Source: Hormiphora californensis
Lineage: Eukaryota > Animalia > Ctenophora
Length of the DNA stretch: 64,000 nt
NCBI GenBank assembly: GCA_020137815.1
Contig: CM035361.1
Span: 682,001 to 746,000 of the forward strand
Direction: 5' to 3'
Translations under genes and position numbers: made by a program
The notes under the pieces: model-generated
What the model was told of the DNA's origin: nothing
Seen by the model: only the letters and a program-made list of their open reading frames with translations
The model's database searches: none
Shown: piece by piece, positions 57,357 to 64,000 of the stretch
Layout of the letters: every line of letters starts with the position of its first letter
How positions within the stretch are numbered: position 1 is the stretch's first letter

Positions 57357-59014
57357 CTAGTAGGCCCGTTCGCCCTACGGGCGAATTTTGGGGAAATGGT
57401 AGCTGGATTAGGGAACGCTGACATCACCTGCACCATCCGTTCCTAGCCTATCTCTCACTTTCTCCCTATAGGGTATATCCATAGGGCAGGAAGCGACCGA
57501 ATATTCGGTTCGGTTCGGTTCGGTTCGGAAATTCGGTGTTTTTTGGGCGGTTCGGTTCGGTTCGGTTCGGTAGGAAATTTTGGCCGAACCACCGAATTTT
57601 TTGGTCAAAAAATGCCCAGAAATCGGGCTTTTTTCATGCAAAATTTTTCAATTATTTCACGAAAATTGTATGGATTTCAATGTCAATTTCGCCGTATTAA
57701 CCCTATTCGAATCGGTGGTGCTATGTGGAAATGAATAATTTTTCACAAAATTAAATGTTTCTCTAAAAATTCATGGAGAGCATCGATCAAGGTATTGAGA
57801 ATCATTACCTGAAATTTTGTGAAATTTTTTTTTGTGAAAAATATTTGAAGTAAATTATGGTATACGAATCGTGTTTCTAATCGACAATGCTAAACGGGAG
57901 TGATGTTGGTAATTAGTGGGTCCGAGATGGATTGTGCTGATACGTGATCCCCCATCAAATCTAATTAGGAAATTTAGAGAGACACGATTCATGGTTCGTT
58001 TAATCCTGCTAATTAGCAATACCATTCCCGTATAGCATTGCCGATTCGAAACACGATTCGTACGCAAAAATTGACATAGAAAATTTACGATAAAATTGAC
58101 TTGAAAATTTTTTCACAAAATTGACTTTGAAATTTTTTCAAACATTTTTTAACAAAATTTCAGAGAATGATTCTCAATACCTTGATCGGTGCTCTCCATG
58201 ACTTTTTAGAGAAACATTTATACAGAAAAAGTTTTGTATGGTTCGGTTCGGTTCGGTTACCGAAGTTCGGTTCGGTTCGGTTCAGTTCGGTTCGGTAAAA
58301 AAGTTTTTCAAATTCGGTTCGGTTCGGTGGAAAAAAACCCGGTTCGGTCGTTTCCTGCCATAGGGTATACCCATGTTATTGTACGCTCGACTGGGCTTCC
58401 TGACCATGTCAAGGTGCGAGTTTAAGAGATCAATGTCATGGAGGTGCAGTGCTGTTCCAGAAACTCATCACGTGAAAACTTGGCCGCTATGTAGCCGATT
58501 CGGAGATTTCTATATTCGACTGGAGTAATCACCCTTAGGCGACGTTGGGTAAAGCTATCCGTAGTCGTTGATTGTCTCGCTTGAACACGTTGGCGTAATC
58601 TGTCATATTCTCTAGCCTGCTCCCTGACAGCAGCAGATCTTCTGGACCTATATAACCGTTGCCTAATAGCGCTTGCAGTGGAAGAGCTGGACATCAGGGC
58701 AAAAGTAAAAGAATGCACGTGCAGAATTGAATTGGCCCTTGGTACCCAACTACAACCGGCAGATAGGTCTCCAAGTCCCTCTAATAATTGCACGTGCAGA
58801 CAGAGTTGCTGTGTGATCTCCGTTACACAATTTGCTTAGTAAGTAGTATGATATGAGAATCAATATATTGATTCTCATGACGACGATGATCCCTTTACTA
58901 ATCCCCGACCGTAGAAACAAATAAAAGTATATTTTCGCTGTACAAAAAGTTAAAAAGATGACACGACGGTTACAAAAACACACACTGCAGTATCTCTTAG
59001 TTGTATTACATAGA
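57357..59014 (-). mobile_element. Non-autonomous Helitron with a residual RepHel-like N-terminal ORF
   Basis: On -: 5' A|TCTATGTAATAC at 59014. 3' hairpin CCCGT(N7)ACGGG then CTAG|T at 57357. ORF 58422-58694 is Arg/Glu-rich (RQRLYRSRRSAAVREQAREYDRLRQR). Confidence 0.75.
57487..58357. mobile_element. 871-bp hAT-type non-autonomous element nested in the Helitron
   Basis: TIR CAGGAA(G/A)CGACCGAA. 8-bp TSD CCATAGGG at 57479-57486 and 58358-58365. Subterminal (GGTTC)n. Confidence 0.9.
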
Positions 59015-59760
59015 TCTGTCTCTCTGGGGAAACCAATCGTACCCGAACCTCAGCTAGCAGGCACGACTGTTTCCCCCTTTACCTCTAATTAATTCGGGTC
59101 GAAGCTCTACTAATTGTCTTGACACACCGAGTCAAGATACTAGAAGTTAAGCTGTCTTGTTGAGTAACAACTAAGCTGTGAAGAATCTAAAAAAATGCTA
59201 GGAAAGACAGAATCCATCGCAACGAATATCTTTTTTTCTCACGAAACCCTCCAGTTCCGAGACGAAGGATTTCTAATGGTAATTCTCGACAGATTGTACG
59301 TCATATACTAATATCCACAGTTTTCTAAATCAATCAAATAAACCAGATTTCAAAATGATCTTCTTGGAGGCAACCTTTAACACTTGTAAGAAATGATAGG
59401 ATCAAAGCGTTCATAAAACGAAAAAAAAGCGCGAGACAGACACAGACCAACTAGAACAGTAGGACACAGACAAACTTGAATACAAACTAATCTACACGTG
59501 CCAAGGAAAGCTGCAAATTTATAGACACACATGAACATGTGCAGTAACTGCAGTACTGCTGCTGCTGCCTTTTTAATAACTTAATCTTAAGACGTTTCTT
59601 TCTCTCTCTCTCTCTCTCTCGCTCACTCTCTCTCTCTCTCACACATTCTCACTCTCGCTCCCTCTCTCCTTCTCTCCTTCTCTCCTTCTCTCGCTCCCTC
59701 TCTCCTTCCCTCACACACACTCTCTCTCACTCTCTCACTCTCTCTCCCTCTCTTCTTCGC

Positions 59761-62700
59761 TCACACCATTTGGTGTGTCACATCTTGAACAGGAGGTGTA
59801 TTTTGAAAAGTCACTTTTTTCAACGAACTCTTATCCTCAATCTCTCCAGCCGTGTTGTTATTATTGTTCTCTCCCCCTCCTTCGGGGATCAGATCACTCT
59901 GGTCTGATATCAAAACCGCCGCATCTGTATTGGTGTCACACGTCGGGGGTGGATCAGGTTGTTGTATAATTGTGGGGATAGATTGTTGTTGTGTTAGTTC
60001 CGGCTCCACAGGCAGTGATATCTCTTTTTTTGGTTCTTCTGAAAAGGAGATCTGATGTTAGTTTCAATTCTGAGAAATGTGAAACTTGGGTTTTATAGCT
60101 GTCGCAAATTAACTTGTTGAGTTGGTAATACTCAACAAGCAAAAACAGGCTTTTATAAAGAAAATTATCAGATCATCATGAGGGATTCAGCCACAACTGG
60201 AGAAGAGGAAAGTACCAAAAAGTTGAAGATGTAGTACAGTCGGACCCCGATTAATCGATATGCTCGGGGGAAAGGGTTTTGCCCGGTAAATCAGGGTCCG
60301 ACGATAGATGAGACAGTAGTTTATCCCCAAATTAACCGTACTGGCATTCGACAGTGTGATGAAAGGTAGAAATATTTAGAGTCACAAGAAAGTTCACAGA
60401 AAGTTCAAGATTTGAAAGATTTGAAAGATATGAAAGATTTGAAAGATTTGAAAGATTTGAAAGATTTGAAAGATTTGAAAGATTTGAAAGAAGATTTATA
60501 AGAAGCATTCCAAATACAACATTAGATGGCAAGAAGCATATTCCATGTGAACTCACTAGGCATCGTCACATCGACACACTGGTTTAGGTCTGTCAAGATA
60601 CACACGCTTCCTGCGAGAATGCAGCGAGGAAAAAACGGGCCGGTCAGTTTTTATGATAAGTTTAGGAGAAAATATAGGCCCATGCAAGAGCAAATCCAAA
60701 CGAATTAGCAGTCTAAATTAATAGTTAAAAACTGAGTATATAGTATTAAACTCGTGAAACAAGCTAGGTCAGATGTTTTCTAATCATGGTCCAACTCGAG
60801 TATAGAGCTACAGTCGGACCCCGAGAATTAGCCGATAAATCGAAGTTCAGGTAAATTAAGGTACAACTGCAGTTTCACGCAGAAGATCACACCACAAATG
60901 GGGTTGCACACACACACACACACACACAATAGTCACACACACAAAATATATATGCCCTTATATATCACACACTCACTCACACTCTCTAGATCATTACACC
61001 ATGCCTCCTGAAACACATTATATTTCAACGGGTGACACGTCCCGGATATAAAACTGTCGTGCATTCGTTAATATCAGAGTATAAAAACCATTTTCTTAAC
61101 AACCATAAAGAAAGTTGAATTGTTCACACAAAGCACAGACACAATATGGTGTCATAAGATTAAAAAGAAAGACCAGAAATAAGTTTGTACACATGATCTC
61201 TCTATCCTAAATCCTAATGAACTCTCCTATAAAAGCAGCTCACCCTTACCTCGATGGTAATTAACTGGTCCCTCATCGTCACTCTCATCTGCATCAGTCT
61301 TACCAAGTTCCAAGGGGAAGGGCAGCTCCATTTCGGATTGTGCTAATACAAACACCTGGGTAGAGAGAGATAGTTTTATGAAGGAGCAAATTGTACATTT
61401 GTTAGTTTTATGATGGAGTAGCGTTGAAGGAGTAACCACGACTGTGACAAATTTGTTACAAAAGTCGAAAGAGCGCACTGCTAATTACCGTGTGCGGCAA
61501 AAAAAAGCCCCCCCCCCCCCCCCTAGACCACCATAGTTGCCGATGTGGTGGAGAGCTGTAACTTGGCAGGGTTGCTCCACTATGTCTATCTTGATCCTGA
61601 CAGAAAAATCAGAGCTCTAGCTCAAAATTCATTTTCATGAACGGAATGAACATTGTCATTCATTCCAGGAAAAAATATTTTCCGGTTCAAAATTTAACTA
61701 ATTATGTTTGGCTATCGATTTGCTTTCCAATGTGACCAAGATCAGCTAAATTGGACAACCACAAGAGACACAGTGTCATGTTGCTTTAAGTTAGTCAGGT
61801 CATGTGATCTTCACCGAATCGTTGAGTTTCCGGGATTGCTAATCGGGCCAATGGGCAAAGGAATCTCGTATCATGGCCGCTAATTGGGTATGTGTACCAA
61901 TACAGGGTGATGTGATTCGAGGAAAGAGGACATTTATCAAAGAGCTACAGATCTGATGACCAATCAGCATCGTCATCCCTCATTAGCAGATGTGATACGT
62001 GATTCTCTACCACTTAGACCAATTCGTAATACTGAACACGATCAACGATTCAGTGAAGATCACATGACCTGACTAACTTTAAGAAACATGACACTGTGTC
62101 TCTTGTGGTTGTCCAATTTAGCTGATCTTGGTCACATTGGAAAGCTAATCGATAGCCAAACATAATTGGTTAAATTTTGAACCGGAAAATATTTTTTCCT
62201 GGAATGAATGACAATGTTCATTCCGTTCATGAAAATGAATTTTGAGCTAGAGCTCTGATTTTTCTGTCAGGATCAAGATAGACATAGTGGAGCAACCCTG
62301 CCAAGTTACAGCCCTCCACCACATCGGCAACTATGGTGGTCTAGGGGGGGGGGGGGGCTTTTTTTTGCCGCACACGGTATAATACCTTGTCGTTTAACCG
62401 AAGTTTAGAATCATAACTTGGTGCAGTAGTAACATATCGATCTTCATTTGTATTCTCTGCCCTTTTATGTACACTCTTCCCTGAGAAGGGCCGGAGGGGT
62501 TATTGCGGGGTTAATACAGATATTTACATACGGAGAAGAGGCGAATCTTAATAATTTGATTTAGTTAATTGACTCAAAATGTTACACAACTCAATTGAGT
62601 TATTATTAATTCCAAATTGAGCTCAATTGAGTTATTATTTAGTTCCAAATTGAGCTCAATTGAGTTATTATTTAATTCCAAACCTTTAGTTGTATGGTGG

Positions 62701-62968
62701 TAACTCCGGTAGAGACCCAGTGCTAACATTGAATAGTTATGGAGAAGAAACACAAAAAGCTCTCCGTATACCCTGATAGGAAAGGAGATCTGAATATCAA
62801 ACTGGGTTTGAAAAGAGATAATAGAGATACTGCGATCAATAAACTAATTGCCATGGAAATGAAGTTCACCCCACGAAGCTGTTATGAGTGTTACCTGAAT
62901 CTTGAAAACCGTTCATCTCGAAGTGATATTTGCGCAATTCGACAGCTCATCCTGGTCCGTAACCACGG
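59761..62968 (-). CDS. 3' exons of a Slo/BK-family potassium channel alpha subunit (end of RCK2 plus acidic tail); 5' part lies beyond the exons identified
   Basis: In-phase exons 62895-62968 (RMSCRIAQISLRDERF), 62684-62772 (YGELFVFLLHNYSMLALGLYR), 62386-62480 (RYVTTAPSYDSKLRLNDK), 61250-61355 (VFVLAQ...) and 59761-60038. These match the KCNMA1 C-terminal motifs CRVAQL, YGDLF...YNMLCFGIYR and RYVITNPP...DLIFCL. Confidence 0.85.
60408..60490. repeat. (GATTTGAAA)n, ~9 copies
   Basis: Direct observation. Confidence 0.9.
61488..62377. mobile_element. TA-flanked foldback MITE (CCGTGTG termini), relative of 48731-49604
   Basis: TA|CCGTGTGCGGCAAAAAA ... TTTTGCCGCACACGG|TA. ~340-bp TIRs. Interior shared with 48731-49604. 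Confidence 0.9.
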
Positions 62969-63313
62969 CTGACAGTAAACAACGTTGGTGTCTTGATCTA
63001 GAAGGGGGATATCTATCAATGGGGGGGTTAGTTTTGTTCAGTTTTTGTGTACTCAACAAAATACAGGGGGTCTTTAATAATCTGTAGAGATGATATCTCC
63101 TTCCGGCTTCGATCAAGGTTATCAAAAACACGGATATTTTATTGTTCAGAACAGGGGGTTTTAGTTTCTATGAAGTGGAGGGGGAACGAATGAACAATCA
63201 GGGACTAATTCAATTCTGTGGTATGAAAGCACGTCAGTCATGAAATATTTTGTCAAGGTCATCATGAGTAGTAAGACTGTTGTAAATGTTGTTGTTGTTG
63301 GTTTGAACCAGTG

Positions 63314-63560
63314 CAGGAACCGACCGAATCAGGAAATACTGGTCCCTGATTGGCTGATAACCAGTCACGTGACCTAAATAACGAGTTCTGATTGGTTGTT
63401 TACTTTTGTCGTTGTCGTTAGTTTGGACAGGTGGTTGCAGCGGTCTGCTATCTCACTACCAGGAACCGACCGACACAAGTAAACAGCCAATCAGAACTCG
63501 TCATTTAGGTCACGTGACTGGTTATCAGCCAATCAGGGACCAGTATTTCCTGATTCGGTC
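63314..63560. mobile_element. Two truncated copies of the 109-bp hAT MITE in opposite orientation
   Basis: 63314-63405 (reverse) and 63460-63560 (forward). Each lacks part of one TIR. Confidence 0.88.
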
Positions 63561-64000
63561 TGTTATCTCACTACATTCGTTTTCTGATTTTCTGAGTAAA
63601 GGAGCTAACTTAGTAATTAATGGATGAGCCGCCGGTGCAAGAGTAACCACAAAATTCAGAGACTCATGATTTGGAATCTAAGTATTCTAAGCTTTTAGTT
63701 ATAGTTATAGAGAAAAGGAGGTAGTAATCGGCAGCTGTAGTAAACATTTAGATCAGGGACTGATGACTGATGACAGAGCTCAAGGTCCTGAAGACAAGAT
63801 AAGAAAAGCGAGAGAACCTTTGAGGTTAATGGACTACAGCTGTGTTTATAGCTCGTGCTAGAGGGACAAATGACACAAACTCAAGGTACAAACTCAAGGT
63901 ATAAATAAAGTGGTTGTTCGATTTGAATTATTTGGATCGCAATACACAAAATGAGAATGTGTTTATTCTTTTGTGCTTGTGTTTTTCTTCTTTCTTGGGC

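Noticed and set aside
63180-64000. Further upstream exons of the Slo channel
   Set aside because: No segment with both splice signals and a recognisable channel motif was found. They probably lie outside the window or are too divergent to call by eye.

Overview
Eukaryotic, intron-rich, repeat-rich genomic DNA, most likely a ctenophore. This is inferred from a 109-bp hAT-type MITE whose translation (QEPTETSKQPIRTRYLGHVTGYQPI...) I recall from Pleurobrachia gene models. Three host genes can be assembled by hand from GT-AG exons. (1) A 5'-incomplete, >4,200-aa mucin-like mosaic protein on + (6645-28457) with the order LDLa, PTS, TSP1, LDLa, Ig-like, PTS, CILP-like module, SEA, acidic tract, ShKT, a 5.5-kb PTS exon, ShKT, CILP-like module and WAP. 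(2) A complete 12-exon, 457-aa MFS transporter of the oxalate:formate-antiporter-like group on - (42706-50374). (3) The 3' end of a Slo/BK-family K+ channel on - (59761-62968). Two things stand out. The first is a 3,463-bp non-autonomous mini-Polinton/Maverick (33317-36779) with AGTAGT termini, ~570-bp TIRs and a 6-bp TSD. It has no polymerase, integrase or capsid but keeps three intact TATA-driven ORFs, one of which looks like a stand-alone copy of the terminal-protein region of Polinton pPolB. The second is a ~4-kb, 68-bp satellite that is a ~59-fold amplification of the splice acceptor and first codons of the LDLa exon, with each unit holding an in-frame 24-nt potential micro-exon. The rest is a dense set of MITEs (hAT, pogo/Tc1, MULE-like), Helitron derivatives, a Penelope element with a hammerhead-like motif, a nested antisense single-exon gene candidate and a 5S rRNA fragment. 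Bases 1-~2690 look like an uncorrected, low-quality read copy of the sequence downstream. All homology statements come from recalled family motifs, not from searches.
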